A stretch of DNA of 63,993 bases, filler included, from an uncultured bacterium (GCA_964471275.1; 3 parts of 3 records of this genome joined end to end with filler, not necessarily neighbours in it); one strand, 5' to 3'. Counted from the whole stretch's first letter, positions 30,915 through 41,378 are shown. A program made the numbers and translations. Notes: a model not told the origin generated them from the letters alone.

Positions 30915-31676
30915 CTACGTCCCGAAAGCCTGCGCAAAGATCAGAAAATCTCCAAACCCGACGTCCCCACTGTCATCCAGATCCAGCAGGGGGTTAAAGC
31001 TCTGATCTCCTGTCGCCGCACCGAATCCACCTGCGAATATGATGAAGTCTGTGAAGCCGACGAGCCCATCGTCGTCGAAGTCCGGCTTCCCACCCGGGAC
31101 GAGTTGGGTGATCTCGCCGCCCAGCGTTACGATCGAGGATTGGGTACCAACCTGGATGGAATCGATCTGCAGGGCTGTTCCCAACAATGCAGATTCGAGG
31201 CCCACACGCGATTCCCCTGGGAATTCGTCAAGGATGGTGAACGTGACCTGTGCGATGCTGCCCGCATCTCGTGAAGTCTTGTTCTCGAGGAGCAACCCCG
31301 TCAATCCCAGCCTGCCGGGTTCGAAGTTGGTCATCAGGAATGCACCGTCGAACAGATCGATCGATGCGGCCGTCTGGTAGGCGATCTGGGAGGCGTCGTA
31401 GGTGAGAAGGATATCGAATCCGGCCCTTGTTCCACCCCCTTCAGTCACCGCCACATCGATCGTAACAGATGAACCGATCTCAGGAATCGTGAAGGTTTGT
31501 CGCTGGCTCTGGTCTCCCGATCGCGTGTTCAGATCGAGCCGTGCGGGACCGACGAGCGGGGCCTCTGGCTCGGGGTCGGATGTCTCATCCTGGGCAGCGA
31601 CAAGACCCGCGGCCAAGGCGATCGCCATCAGTACTTGCGTAAGTGATTTCAGCATTGAGTTCCTCCTGGTTGCCAA
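30915..31676 (-). CDS. Secreted cohesin-like domain protein with C-terminal dockerin/EF-hand-like pair
   Basis: Signal peptide; GFDILLTYDASQI...AQVTFTIL; DFDDDGLVGFTDF and DLDDSGDVGFGDF. Confidence 0.72.
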   Translation of the reverse strand: MATRRNSMLKSLTQVLMAIALAAGLVAAQDETSDPEPEAPLVGPARLDLNTRSGDQSQRQTFTIPEIGSSVTIDVAVTEGGGTRAGFDILLTYDASQIAYQTAASIDLFDGAFLMTNFEPGRLGLTGLLLENKTSRDAGSIAQVTFTILDEFPGESRVGLESALLGTALQIDSIQVGTQSSIVTLGGEITQLVPGGKPDFDDDGLVGFTDFIIFAGGFGAATGDQSFNPLLDLDDSGDVGFGDFLIFAQAFGT

Positions 31677-31722
31677 AAGATCGTTAGGCCGATGCTCAAT
31701 GTCAATTCATAGGCAAAAGAGA

Positions 31723-31753
31723 AAGACGGGCACGATCGAGTCGTGCCCGTCTT
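31723..31753 (-). terminator. Intrinsic terminator
   Basis: AAGACGGGCACGA-N5-TCGTGCCCGTCTT 13-bp stem with a T-rich tail on the minus strand. Confidence 0.75.
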
Positions 31754-31777
31754 CTTGTATCCTTCCGACTGCTCTGG

Positions 31778-32380
31778 CTAAATGGTCTGCCCGAAGACTG
31801 CGGCGAACATCAGGAAGTCACCAAAGTCGATCGTGCCATCACCTTCCAGATCCAGGCGAGTACCGAAGTCTCCGTCACTGCTGGCCTTGCCAAATCCACC
31901 GGCAAAGATCAGGAAATCGCCGAACCCGACCGTCGGGTCACCGTCGAAGTTGGCCGTCTCAGCAGGAGTTGCCGGTTCTGCCGCAACAACTCCCCTGATC
32001 ACAACGAAAGCAGCATCAGGACTGATCGTGACATCCGCGCTCCCGAGCTTCCCCGCGCCCAGGTTGACCGTGGTTACCGTGGAAAAATCATCGTTCACCG
32101 TAAAGGTTGCCTTCCCACCTGAACCCGCATCCGTGGAAGCGGATGACCCGAGGAAAGCGGCGGACAGCTGCGCCGTGCTGTCCGCCGCCGTGATATTGGT
32201 CGGCGTCGTCAGCGATATACTCCCACCGAAGACCCTGGCCGTCGCGTATTCCTTGAACGTCAGTTCGGCCGAATCCCACGAGAGCGTGACGTTAAAGCCG
32301 ATCTGGCCGTCTGCACCCTCGGTGATGAAGACGTCGATCTTGATCTCGTCTTCGGCTACTGGATTGGTGGCCGTCTGCAC
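31778..32380 (-). pseudogene. Paralog of the cohesin+dockerin-like protein, 5' end and signal peptide missing
   Basis: IDVFITEG...GFNVTLSWD...ATFTV; NFDGDPTVGFGDF and DLEGDGTIDFGDF; in-frame stop just upstream and no signal peptide. Confidence 0.6.
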
Positions 32381-32858
32381 TTCGACGGTACTTGTCGGCT
32401 ACCGTGACCACTGACGGTGTCAGGAGGTCGATGCCGCCTCTTTGGTCTGGCTTCGCTCGAGTTCGCGACAGACAAGGTCTGCTGAGGTCCCTGTGTGCAT
32501 CTATTTGCGTCGGTGGAAATGCTTAAATCGCTTTATTTCAAATGGTTGTAATGGAAATGTCGCAGGTGCCAGAGGTGCCATGGGCATAGAGAAGAGCAAA
32601 GACCCAGGCTGCCCGGCAGAGCGGTGACTCGATAATGAGGTCTGCCCCTGCGCTGTGACAGCCGGTGAGGTAGCTGGTGCCAGATGAGATGTCAATGCTC
32701 GTAACTCCCGCGTGCTGCAAAGAGCACAGGCCTCTCGATATCTCAAGCGGCGATCGACCTCGACGTCTTTCCGGACGAAGTGTTGACCCACTCTAAGGTT
32801 GCGGCTATATTCGGTCGTTTTGGCCGTTTGCGTCCGCCAACCAACCCCGGAGGATCTT

Positions 32859-33902
32859 GTGTTTGCTGCCCAGATTGTCGCACCCAGACTTACCCGTCTG
32901 GTGGATGTAGAAGAGCCAACACTGACTGCGAGAGAGCAGGTAAAGATCAGGATGGAACGCGGCTGTCTGTGTGGGTCCGATTCTCCGCTGTTCGACTACG
33001 ATATGAACGAAGTCATCGATACTGCGCAGAGGCATCCCGAGAAACGAAGGTCGATCCCGTTTGTCGACTACGAATCAGATCCCTATCCGATGCTTATAGG
33101 CCAGTCGATACACGAGTGCCTGGGGACGGTCGTGGAGACAACGTCGGACCGGTTCAAAGAGGGGGATTTCGTGCTCGCGCTCCCGAACGCACACGATGGT
33201 CTCGTCGAATTCATGGTTGCTGCTGCCGACCGCGCGATCCATCTGCCCAGAGATGCCGTATCAAAAGACGAGATCCTGATGACGCAGCCGCTGGGGACAG
33301 TCGTCTGGGCGTGTCAAAAGCTTGGAAATCTGCTGGACCAGGACATTGTCGTCGCCGGGCAGGGCCCTATGGGGCTTTTGTTTACGCACATGCTGGCGAA
33401 TCTCGGTGCCCGATCTGTGATCGCCCTGGATAGATTGGACAATCGGCTTGCCGTTGCGGAGCAGATGCACGCAACGCATACGGTGAACGTCGACAGGGAG
33501 GACCCCGCCGAGGCGATACACGAAATCACTAGGGGCAAGATGGCTGACCTGTGTGTCGAGGTCGTGGGTCACCAGATGGAGTCGGTCAATACCTGTATGG
33601 CCTTTGTCAGGCGGCTGGGCACCATTCTATGCTTCGGCGTTCCCGATCACGCGAATTACGAGGGCTTTGCCTATCAGAAGTTCTTTCGACAGAATCTGAG
33701 CCTGATCAGTTCGGTCGGCCCCGATGTGGTGCCGAATTTCTCCCTTGCCCGGGATCTGATTGCCCAAGGCAGGTTGGATGTGTTTCCTCTGGTTACCCAC
33801 AAGCTGCCTTTCTCGGATATCCAGAACGGATACGAACTCTTCGTTGACCGGAAGGACGGTGCGATCAAGGTCGTTCTGGACTACGAGAATCCCGGTCTAT
33901 AG
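32859..33902 (+). CDS. Zinc-binding dehydrogenase (MDR family)
   Basis: CLCGSD, HECLG, QPLGT, GQGPMG, VTH; GGAGG RBS before GTG. Confidence 0.85.
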   Translation: MFAAQIVAPRLTRLVDVEEPTLTAREQVKIRMERGCLCGSDSPLFDYDMNEVIDTAQRHPEKRRSIPFVDYESDPYPMLIGQSIHECLGTVVETTSDRFKEGDFVLALPNAHDGLVEFMVAAADRAIHLPRDAVSKDEILMTQPLGTVVWACQKLGNLLDQDIVVAGQGPMGLLFTHMLANLGARSVIALDRLDNRLAVAEQMHATHTVNVDREDPAEAIHEITRGKMADLCVEVVGHQMESVNTCMAFVRRLGTILCFGVPDHANYEGFAYQKFFRQNLSLISSVGPDVVPNFSLARDLIAQGRLDVFPLVTHKLPFSDIQNGYELFVDRKDGAIKVVLDYENPGL

Positions 33903-33924
33903 CGGCCCAGATCGTAAAAAGATC

Positions 33925-33956
33925 TTGACGCTTTTTGCGTCTCCTCTTTATTAGAT
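33925..33956 (+). promoter_or_regulatory. Putative sigma70 promoter
   Basis: TTGACG-N18-TATTAG(AT). Confidence 0.45.
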
Positions 33957-34027
33957 AGTCTCATCCTAGCCTTTGGAGATGATTTGGCAGTCGAAGATAC
34001 AGCAACCTTAATCACATTTGCCTATTA

Positions 34028-34063
34028 GAGAGCCTCTACGCGGAAGCGGTGGGGGCTCTTTTG
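34028..34063 (+). terminator. Terminator-like hairpin upstream of ggt
   Basis: AGAGCCTCTAC-GC-GGAA-GC-G-GTGGGGGCTCT followed by TTTT. Confidence 0.6.
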
Positions 34064-34095
34064 TTGTGTGGATCAGAGCTTGAGAGGGGGAAACG

Positions 34096-35676
34096 TTGGC
34101 CATTTTTCAATCGGGCACGGTTGTCGGCCAGCCCGAGTCCGATAGTGCAGGCGTCAGTGTCCTGAAGAAGGGTGGAAATGCAGTAGACGCAGCCGTCACC
34201 TCTGCGTGTCTGGGCGCGATCCTGGCACCGTGGGCAAACGGATTCGGCGGCTACGGCGGTTGGATGCTCATCCACAAGGACGGTGAGACGCATTGCGTCG
34301 ATTTTCATACTAAGGCTCCGAAAGCCGCGGACCCTAAGATGTATACGGTCGCGGGTGGCGACGGCCGGTTCGGGGCGAGAGTCAAAGACCGCGAGAACGA
34401 GATCGGTTTCAAAGCTGTGTCCGTGCCGGGAACGCTTGCCGGTATGGAGTTGGCTCTCGAGAAATTTGGCACGCAGTCACTCGCGGATACGCTGGCCCCC
34501 GCGATCAAAGCGTGCGAGAAGGGATTCAAGGTCACCAAGAACTACGCAGAGAGAGTGGCCGGGTACGAGGATACGATTCGGCGGTTCCCGGATACTGCGA
34601 AGCTCCTGCTGGTAGGGGGTGAGTTGCCCAAGTCGGGCGACAAAGTCATAAACGTGGACCTCGCGAAGATGCTGACGCAGGTTGCCGGGAAGGGCGCGAA
34701 GGAATTCTACCAGGGACGGATTGCCGATCGCATCGTGAAGTATGTACAGGAGGGCGGCGGGATTTTGGCGAAGGAAGATCTGGCAGAATACGAGGCCCGA
34801 TTGGTCAAGCCGGTAAAGGGAAACTTGGCGGGTTACGAGCTTTTGTCGTCTCCCTTGTGCAGCAGCGGCATCAGCCTTGTGCAGATGTGCAAGACGGCCG
34901 AGCACGCAGAACTCGATCTCTGGGCGAGGGATTCGCCGCGATTGTCGCACGGGCTGATTGAGGTGATCCGGGCCGCCTGGATGGAGCGGTATCGCCATTT
35001 TGGTGATCCCTCGACGATGACGGTTCCTGTTGATATGATCCTATCGGACATATCGGTCGGCGCTTCCGGTAGTGACATCGCAAAACATATTGCCGACGGT
35101 ACACGTGGACAGGCCCTGCTGCGACCGATGTACGCGGGTGGGACGACACACATCTGCGCCGTGGACTCGGACCACACTCTGGTTTCGCTCACGCTTACCC
35201 ACGGACCATCCTTTGGCTCATTCACGACGATCCCGCGAATGGGACTGTTGATGAATTCCGGGATGTCGCGGTTTGACCCGGGGCCTGGTCTCAAGAACTC
35301 AGTTGGACCTGGCAAGTCGCCAATCGTCAACATGACCCCGGCGATCATGCTCGACGAGGGGAAGCCATTGCTGTCGATCGGTGGGTCGGGCGGAACACGG
35401 ATCATGTCCTCCGTCTTTCAGGTGCTGGCACGTCATTTTCTGCTCGGAGAAAATTTCGAGTGGGCGATGGGGGCGCCAAGAGTCCACAGTGAGGGGAACG
35501 AATGGGCACGCATCGAGGAAGAGTTTGGTGAGATGGCACCCGCTTATCTGTCCGAGATCGGTCTCGAGCTTCGAGAGGGAGAGGCCTCGGCGATGGTCAG
35601 AGGCGTCAAGATCGAAGACGGGAAGCTGAACGCGTTGTATGACCCGCGGATGAAGGCCAAAGAGAAGGGCCTGTAG
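34096..35676 (+). CDS. ggt: Gamma-glutamyltransferase family protein
   Basis: GGNAVDAAV, VSVPGTLAG, FYQG.IA, TTHICAVD autoprocessing Thr, GGSGG.RI, APRVH. Confidence 0.88.
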   Translation: MAIFQSGTVVGQPESDSAGVSVLKKGGNAVDAAVTSACLGAILAPWANGFGGYGGWMLIHKDGETHCVDFHTKAPKAADPKMYTVAGGDGRFGARVKDRENEIGFKAVSVPGTLAGMELALEKFGTQSLADTLAPAIKACEKGFKVTKNYAERVAGYEDTIRRFPDTAKLLLVGGELPKSGDKVINVDLAKMLTQVAGKGAKEFYQGRIADRIVKYVQEGGGILAKEDLAEYEARLVKPVKGNLAGYELLSSPLCSSGISLVQMCKTAEHAELDLWARDSPRLSHGLIEVIRAAWMERYRHFGDPSTMTVPVDMILSDISVGASGSDIAKHIADGTRGQALLRPMYAGGTTHICAVDSDHTLVSLTLTHGPSFGSFTTIPRMGLLMNSGMSRFDPGPGLKNSVGPGKSPIVNMTPAIMLDEGKPLLSIGGSGGTRIMSSVFQVLARHFLLGENFEWAMGAPRVHSEGNEWARIEEEFGEMAPAYLSEIGLELREGEASAMVRGVKIEDGKLNALYDPRMKAKEKGL

Positions 35677-35701
35677 TCGATCGATTCGCAGTGAGGGAAA
35701 C

Positions 35702-36817
35702 GTGAAAACCTATCCATTCGGAAGTGGACGACCTGATCCCGCCTCTCTCCCCAGCCGTGCGCTGGCGGATGCGGCGGCTCGTGTAGTGCCGGAACTGGGT
35801 GACGAACTTGCCCGGTATCCGGGTTCGCTTGGCTACGAGCCGATGCGGCAGGTGATGGCGGAGCGTTTCGAGCGCAGGGAGGGTGCCGCACTACCGATTG
35901 AAAGGACAGCACTGACGACGGGCTCGATGCAGGCAGTCACGCTGATGGCGCAGTATTTTGTTGAGAAGCCGGGCGACGTGATTCTGACCGAGGAGTTCAC
36001 CTACTCGGGGACGATTGGGGCCTACAACAGGGAGGGAGCGACGTTGGTGGGTGTGGAGATCGATGAACACGGGATGAAGATGGATTCGCTCGTGGAGAAA
36101 ATCAAGGCCTGCACGAAGGAAGGGAACAAGCCCAGGTTCATCTATGCGCTCGTGACTTACCAGAACCCGACCGGGTCCATCATGCCTGTAGAGCGTCGTC
36201 GTGAATTGCTCGATATCGCACACAGATACGACATCCCCGTCGTCGAAGATCATTGCTACGCAGACACGATCTATGATGATCATCACGTTCCCGCACTAAT
36301 CACGCTCGGCAGCGACGCGACGGTCCTGCACATTGAGTCATTCTCGAAGATCCTAGGACCCGGCGTGCGGCTGGGCTGCTTCACGGGCCCAAACCCGGTT
36401 TTCTCAGAGATCCTGTCCCTTCGGCGGGACGGGGGACCCAGTACGCTGAATGCGGCGATTGTCTGCGAGTTCTTCCGTGAGTCGTTGTCGGACCACCTGA
36501 AGACGATCAATACGATCGTGAAGGAGAAACGCGATCTGATGCTCGGACTTCTCGCGGAGAATCGGGATGTCTTCGAGTGGAACAGTGAACCCCGGGGAGG
36601 TCTGTTTGCCTGGGTCAAGCTTCCGGACGTGACCGACGTTGTGACCTGCGAGCAGGCGGCCGAGTCCAGAGGGATCGACTACGCGACTGGCAAGGCGTTC
36701 CACGTCTACCACGAGGATGTACCCTATTTGCGGCTTGCGTTTGGCTATGCCTCCCTGGACGAGATCCGGGAGGGGATACCCCTGCTTGCGGAATGCCTGA
36801 GAGAACACCAAGGCTGA
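35702..36817 (+). CDS. PLP-dependent aminotransferase class I/II (LysN/MocR-type)
   Basis: YQNPTG, EDHCY, SFSKILGPGVRLG, P.GGLF.W. Confidence 0.9.
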   Translation: MKTYPFGSGRPDPASLPSRALADAAARVVPELGDELARYPGSLGYEPMRQVMAERFERREGAALPIERTALTTGSMQAVTLMAQYFVEKPGDVILTEEFTYSGTIGAYNREGATLVGVEIDEHGMKMDSLVEKIKACTKEGNKPRFIYALVTYQNPTGSIMPVERRRELLDIAHRYDIPVVEDHCYADTIYDDHHVPALITLGSDATVLHIESFSKILGPGVRLGCFTGPNPVFSEILSLRRDGGPSTLNAAIVCEFFRESLSDHLKTINTIVKEKRDLMLGLLAENRDVFEWNSEPRGGLFAWVKLPDVTDVVTCEQAAESRGIDYATGKAFHVYHEDVPYLRLAFGYASLDEIREGIPLLAECLREHQG

Positions 36818-36839
36818 AGTGAATGACAGCGGAAGGATC

Positions 36840-36872
36840 GAAGGCCGAACCTGAGTGGCGGGTTCGGCCTTC
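36840..36872. terminator. Hairpin between convergent genes
   Basis: GAAGGCCGAACC-N9-GGTTCGGCCTTC. Confidence 0.65.
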
Positions 36873-36873
36873 T

Positions 36874-39051
36874 CTATTTCAGCGTCCGACCCGGCTCTTG
36901 CATCCATTTCAGAAACGATGTCCTCTCTGGCCACTTTGACAGAGCCATCCTTGCGATGTCCGATGCCCGATTGGGATTGCCCGATCGCAGCAATAGATCG
37001 CACGCCTTCTCGTAAGCTGCCACGTCATCCACACCTGATTCGATCGCCTCAAGATACCAGCTCAGCGCCCTGTCGGTCTTGCCCATACTCACGAATATCT
37101 GGGCGAGGTCTAACCTCACCTTGACACTTCCTGAGTTTGCTGCTGCGTAGCGAGTCCAGGCTGCTGCCGCACTGTCATATTCCGATTTCAGGAAGTGAAG
37201 AGACGCGATCAGATGGTCGTCACCGATCGCTCGCCGAGCCTCCAACAGTTTGATGGCGAATTTCCTCTGCTTTAATGAAAGCAGGATATCCGCGTAGGAG
37301 AGTGCGTAGGCCTGGTTGTCCGGGAAGTTCTTCACTGCACGGTTGTAGACATCTCCGGCAAGCTCAAGCCTTCCTGCATCCATAAATGCGGTGCCCAGCC
37401 TATCCAGAAAGCGTCCGGCCAGAACGCGAACCATCGGGTTCAGTCTTGCGTATAGTGTATCCGGGTATGATCGGATTCGCTCCCTCTGCAAATCCGGGTT
37501 CCGGTAGATCCGGATCCCCTCTCCCACGCGACCAAACCGGATGACGTGATCCCATCGATCTTCGAGGTAATCGTATACGTGGATCTGGTGGGTAAATCGA
37601 TCGCCGTCGGCTCGATATCGTTTCTCAATTCCTTCGACGATGACGGCAAGATCTAAGGGCTCCAGCCATTTCGGAGAGTAGGCGGGGGAAGACTGCTTGG
37701 GGGCCGTAGTGTGCATGGGCATGATAACCACAGGGTGCGGCGTACGGACAGCCGGGCCTCCCGGCTCGATCATCAGGATCTCATCGTAGGGGATGTTCGA
37801 TTCGATCCACTGTCTGGCGAGTGTTCGAGGAGCAGGTTCCTTGAGACGGGTGACTGCGGCGTAGGATGACAGGAGAAGGGGTGCCATCGCGAGAAGCGGC
37901 ACAATGATGGCCAATCTGTTGTAGGGCTGATAGCTTCGAAAGCCGTATACGGTCACTCTTAGACCGTATACCGCAACGATGGCGATGATCGGAAAAGCTG
38001 GAAGCAGATAGTGTCCAAAGCTTGTCGACCAGATGGTCAGAAAACCGGTAAAGAACAGCGCGAACCCAACCAGGGGGAGCCAGACGACGATGCGACCCGA
38101 TCGGAGAACCGAGATCAGGCCAGCGAAGGAGGATACAAGCAGGAAAGGACCAGCGTTCTGCCAGATCGCACGACCATACTCGACAACAGCTCCTTCCTCG
38201 CGGCCGAAGTGACCGCCGGCCATGTGCTGTTGCTCGAACGCGAAATTCCAGTAGAAAGTCTCGTAGTCCAGCAGCATGTATGGATTGATGCCGAGAAAGA
38301 CGGTGATCGCGACGAGCCCGGCCATCCAGGGAGCGGGTTTCGCAAACGTACGTAGGTCCCAACGGTTTGTGGCAAGATGAGTGAGCAGGTAGGGAACCGC
38401 CAGCAGGGCCCCCGTATACTTGCACGACGCAGTCAGCCCGATGAGCAGACCTATCCACAGGTGCTTCCGAAGCCGCATTGACGCTGCCGGGCGCACGATC
38501 AGCTCACGCAGCACCAGTGTGGAGAAGAAGGCGAGCGGAAGGTCAACAACACTCAGGAGGCTGTAATGAAAGATGGTCGGCATCCAGAAGACAAACGCCG
38601 CCGTCCACACTGCCCAGTAAGCGGGTCCATACCGGCGTGCGAGGCCATAGGTAGCCCACGCGATCCCTGCCGAAGATGCGATTCCTAGGAGTCTGCCGAT
38701 GAGAACGAGGTCTAAGGGGAGGTCTTGGGAAGGACCCCATACTCTGAGTCCGGTGGGTTCTGTGATGATTCGATAGATCGCCTGCGCGATCCAATTCACG
38801 TAGAAGCTCAGGGCTGGATAGTTGAAGAATTTCGGGTTGAAGTCGATGCGATTGGTTTGCCAGTCCCACATCTCCCAGGCTTGACGGACCGGAGTCGCCT
38901 CTTCATTGACATCAGGAAAGCCGTGGTTGATCGCTCCGAGTCGGAGCAGGATGCCTATAACGATCAACAGGTAAGGGACGCGTGCCCGGTTTCTGATGGT
39001 CTGTGTGAACACAGAGAAGCTCAAGTCTGCATACTCGATTCTGTGTGCCAA
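36874..39051 (-). CDS. GT-C (ArnT/PMT, GT39-like) membrane glycosyltransferase with C-terminal TPR repeats
   Basis: FNPKFFNYP, many TM helices, GLTASCKYTG, INPY; helical TPR-like C-terminus. Confidence 0.75.
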   Translation of the reverse strand: MAHRIEYADLSFSVFTQTIRNRARVPYLLIVIGILLRLGAINHGFPDVNEEATPVRQAWEMWDWQTNRIDFNPKFFNYPALSFYVNWIAQAIYRIITEPTGLRVWGPSQDLPLDLVLIGRLLGIASSAGIAWATYGLARRYGPAYWAVWTAAFVFWMPTIFHYSLLSVVDLPLAFFSTLVLRELIVRPAASMRLRKHLWIGLLIGLTASCKYTGALLAVPYLLTHLATNRWDLRTFAKPAPWMAGLVAITVFLGINPYMLLDYETFYWNFAFEQQHMAGGHFGREEGAVVEYGRAIWQNAGPFLLVSSFAGLISVLRSGRIVVWLPLVGFALFFTGFLTIWSTSFGHYLLPAFPIIAIVAVYGLRVTVYGFRSYQPYNRLAIIVPLLAMAPLLLSSYAAVTRLKEPAPRTLARQWIESNIPYDEILMIEPGGPAVRTPHPVVIMPMHTTAPKQSSPAYSPKWLEPLDLAVIVEGIEKRYRADGDRFTHQIHVYDYLEDRWDHVIRFGRVGEGIRIYRNPDLQRERIRSYPDTLYARLNPMVRVLAGRFLDRLGTAFMDAGRLELAGDVYNRAVKNFPDNQAYALSYADILLSLKQRKFAIKLLEARRAIGDDHLIASLHFLKSEYDSAAAAWTRYAAANSGSVKVRLDLAQIFVSMGKTDRALSWYLEAIESGVDDVAAYEKACDLLLRSGNPNRASDIARMALSKWPERTSFLKWMQEPGRTLK

Positions 39052-39113
39052 AGTTGACGCATTGTGTGTCTCCGGATATATTTCGCGTCTGACTTTACTA
39101 GAGGAATAATCCC

Positions 39114-39899
39114 TTGAATGAACAAGCTGAAGTACCGAAGCCGCCGTCGCTACCCGGCGTCGCCAACATCATTGCCGTTGCCAGTGGAAAGGGAGGCGTC
39201 GGGAAGTCGACGACGGCCGTGAATCTTGCCCTGTCGATGGCGCGCGCCGGTTTGTCCATCGGGCTGCTCGATGCGGATATCTACGGGCCGAACATCCCGG
39301 TCATGATGGGGCGCAAGGTTCAGCCCAAGATGGACGAAGCCCGCGGTATGATCCCCGTGGAGCGTTTCGGCGTCAAGTTCATTTCGCTTGGCCTGATCGC
39401 CGGAGACGGTGTTCCGATCGTCTGGCGAGGCCCCATGCTCGCGAAGATGCTGACCCAGTTTCTGAACGACGTGGCCTGGGCTCCGCTGGACTGTCTGATC
39501 ATCGATCTGCCGCCGGGGACGGGGGATGTTCAGCTGACGCTGACGCAATCTGTCGCGATTACGGGAGCCGTGATCGTGACGACACCTCAGGAGATCGCGC
39601 TCGAGGATGTGCGTCGTGGGATACGAATGTTCGAAACGGTCGATGTCTCCATACTCGGTGTGCTCGAGAATATGAGCTACTTTGTCTGCGATTCCTGTGA
39701 CAGACGGCATCATATTTTCTCCGAGGGAGGTGGACGTGGGGTTGCCGATGCCTTTGGAATACCGTTTCTCGGCGAGGTCCCCCTGAGCACGCCCCTTCGG
39801 GAGGCCAGCGATAGGGGCACTCCTCTCGTGGAGGGCTCGGATCCTGTCATCCAGGCGTATGACTCGGTCACACGCAATCTGATCGAGCGTCTCGCGTAG
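39114..39899 (+). CDS. mrp: Mrp/NBP35 (ApbC) Fe-S carrier ATPase
   Basis: SGKGGVGKST, DADIYGP, WRGPM, DLPPGTGD, TTPQ, ENMS..C..C. Confidence 0.93.
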   Translation: MNEQAEVPKPPSLPGVANIIAVASGKGGVGKSTTAVNLALSMARAGLSIGLLDADIYGPNIPVMMGRKVQPKMDEARGMIPVERFGVKFISLGLIAGDGVPIVWRGPMLAKMLTQFLNDVAWAPLDCLIIDLPPGTGDVQLTLTQSVAITGAVIVTTPQEIALEDVRRGIRMFETVDVSILGVLENMSYFVCDSCDRRHHIFSEGGGRGVADAFGIPFLGEVPLSTPLREASDRGTPLVEGSDPVIQAYDSVTRNLIERLA

Positions 39900-40030
39900 C
39901 TCTTTGCCCCCCAACCACCGAGGCGGGGATTTCCTGGTGAATCCTCGTTGCCTGCCGTAGCTGCCGGCGTCTAAAGCCGTAGGCCTATCCGGCCGATAGA
40001 TGGAATAGAGACTCCTTCATCACTCCGTCT

Positions 40031-41008
40031 ATGGCTATGCATAAAACCAAACAATACATCCCGATACTTGCCGGTCTTCTGCTGCTCGGAGGGCTCGGCA
40101 TCGGCAGGAGCGATTCCGACGACCTGGCCAGTCAGGCCACCCTGCGCTTGGTGGCCGAACGCGGGACGGTGACCTTTGCCGAAGGCGCCGTTGCGGTTCG
40201 GCGTCTGGATACGGGTTGGGAACCGCTGTATGTCGGCGATCGTGTGGGACCGGATGATGCCGTCCGCAGCGATGAGGGCGGTCGGGCAGAGATGACGTGG
40301 GAGAGGCCGAACTGCATCATCCGGCTCGAGCGGGCTTCCGTGATTGATCTTGAAAGCGCTGCTGTGGGAGGTCGACTGATGATGATCGGTGTACGGCTTG
40401 ATCGTGGCGCTGTCTGGGCTCGCGCTCATCGCACCTTCAGACTTACCTCTCCCTACGTGTCTGCCACGCTTGATCGAGCCACGCTTTCACTGCGAGCAGA
40501 TGTGTCCTCGGATCGCCTTGCAGTCTACCACGGAACGGCCCAAATCGATGGGTTGCCCCTGTCGAATGGAGAGGGTGTGATCGTCGGTGATTCCGGGACG
40601 CACACCTTTGCCGTGGGAGTCGAGGATGACATGAGGGACGGATGGCAGGATGTATCCGGGGTGGCGCGCGCTGTCAGGAACGTCCCCGGACAGGAGTCAC
40701 TTCCCGAGACACGCAGACTCATACGGGATCTCAGAGACCTGAGCCCTGAGATCTATCTGGGTGTGGAAGTCGAACTTACCGGGAAGGCCACCGGGGAGGC
40801 CGAATTCGAGGCAGATGCGGCACGGATTCGCAAGATCCGTGTCCGGTCCTCGAAGTGGGATGTCATGCGGCCCGATCGGAAGGTGCAGCTGCTGAACGAC
40901 ACGTTCTACGTACTCAGGGAGCGGTATCCCAGCATTCTGGAGACGGTCGTCCTCGAGTTTGATGATAACCGACCCCGTTTGTCACTCAAATACGCTGCTA
41001 CCGGATAG
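40031..41008 (+). CDS. Secreted FecR-like domain protein
   Basis: Signal peptide; G.V.VRR...L.VGD...D.VR...GRAE...L.RG.VW...V..G pattern. Confidence 0.55.
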   Translation: MAMHKTKQYIPILAGLLLLGGLGIGRSDSDDLASQATLRLVAERGTVTFAEGAVAVRRLDTGWEPLYVGDRVGPDDAVRSDEGGRAEMTWERPNCIIRLERASVIDLESAAVGGRLMMIGVRLDRGAVWARAHRTFRLTSPYVSATLDRATLSLRADVSSDRLAVYHGTAQIDGLPLSNGEGVIVGDSGTHTFAVGVEDDMRDGWQDVSGVARAVRNVPGQESLPETRRLIRDLRDLSPEIYLGVEVELTGKATGEAEFEADAARIRKIRVRSSKWDVMRPDRKVQLLNDTFYVLRERYPSILETVVLEFDDNRPRLSLKYAATG

Positions 41009-41037
41009 ACTGGCAAGATTCTCGAAATATCCTGTTC

Positions 41038-41071
41038 AGGTCCCATCTCACGCCGAGTTGGGCCCTTTTTT
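41038..41071 (+). terminator. Intrinsic terminator
   Basis: AGGTCCCATCTC..GAGTTGGGCCCT followed by TTTTT. Confidence 0.6.
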
Positions 41072-41378
41072 GTGGGGTATCGTGTATTAGTGACTGTTGG
41101 GAATACTGGACGGGACAAATAGCTTGAGTTATACTGATGCACTGGTTACCTTTTCGTAACCATTTGTTACTATCTGCGCTATTTCGTGGTTTTCTAGCAA
41201 GTTACTCGTTTGGCCCAGGGCGCAGACCTTCTACCCAAAAGCGATATCTATCTGATTTTTGGCGAAACAAGTTTCCCTTTCGCGGGCTCGAAGCCTAAGA
41301 GTTGTCACTCCATACAGTAGCTCTTTTCACGCCCTCCATCGGATGGTCCGTTTGGACGGTTGTATACGCGGAGATTCG

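Noticed and set aside
32615..32690. Cobalamin riboswitch-like words (CGGTG...CTGCCCCTGCGCTGTGA...GCCAGA)
   Set aside because: Lacks GGGAA, the AxTCC loop and the B12 box, and no B12-related gene is adjacent
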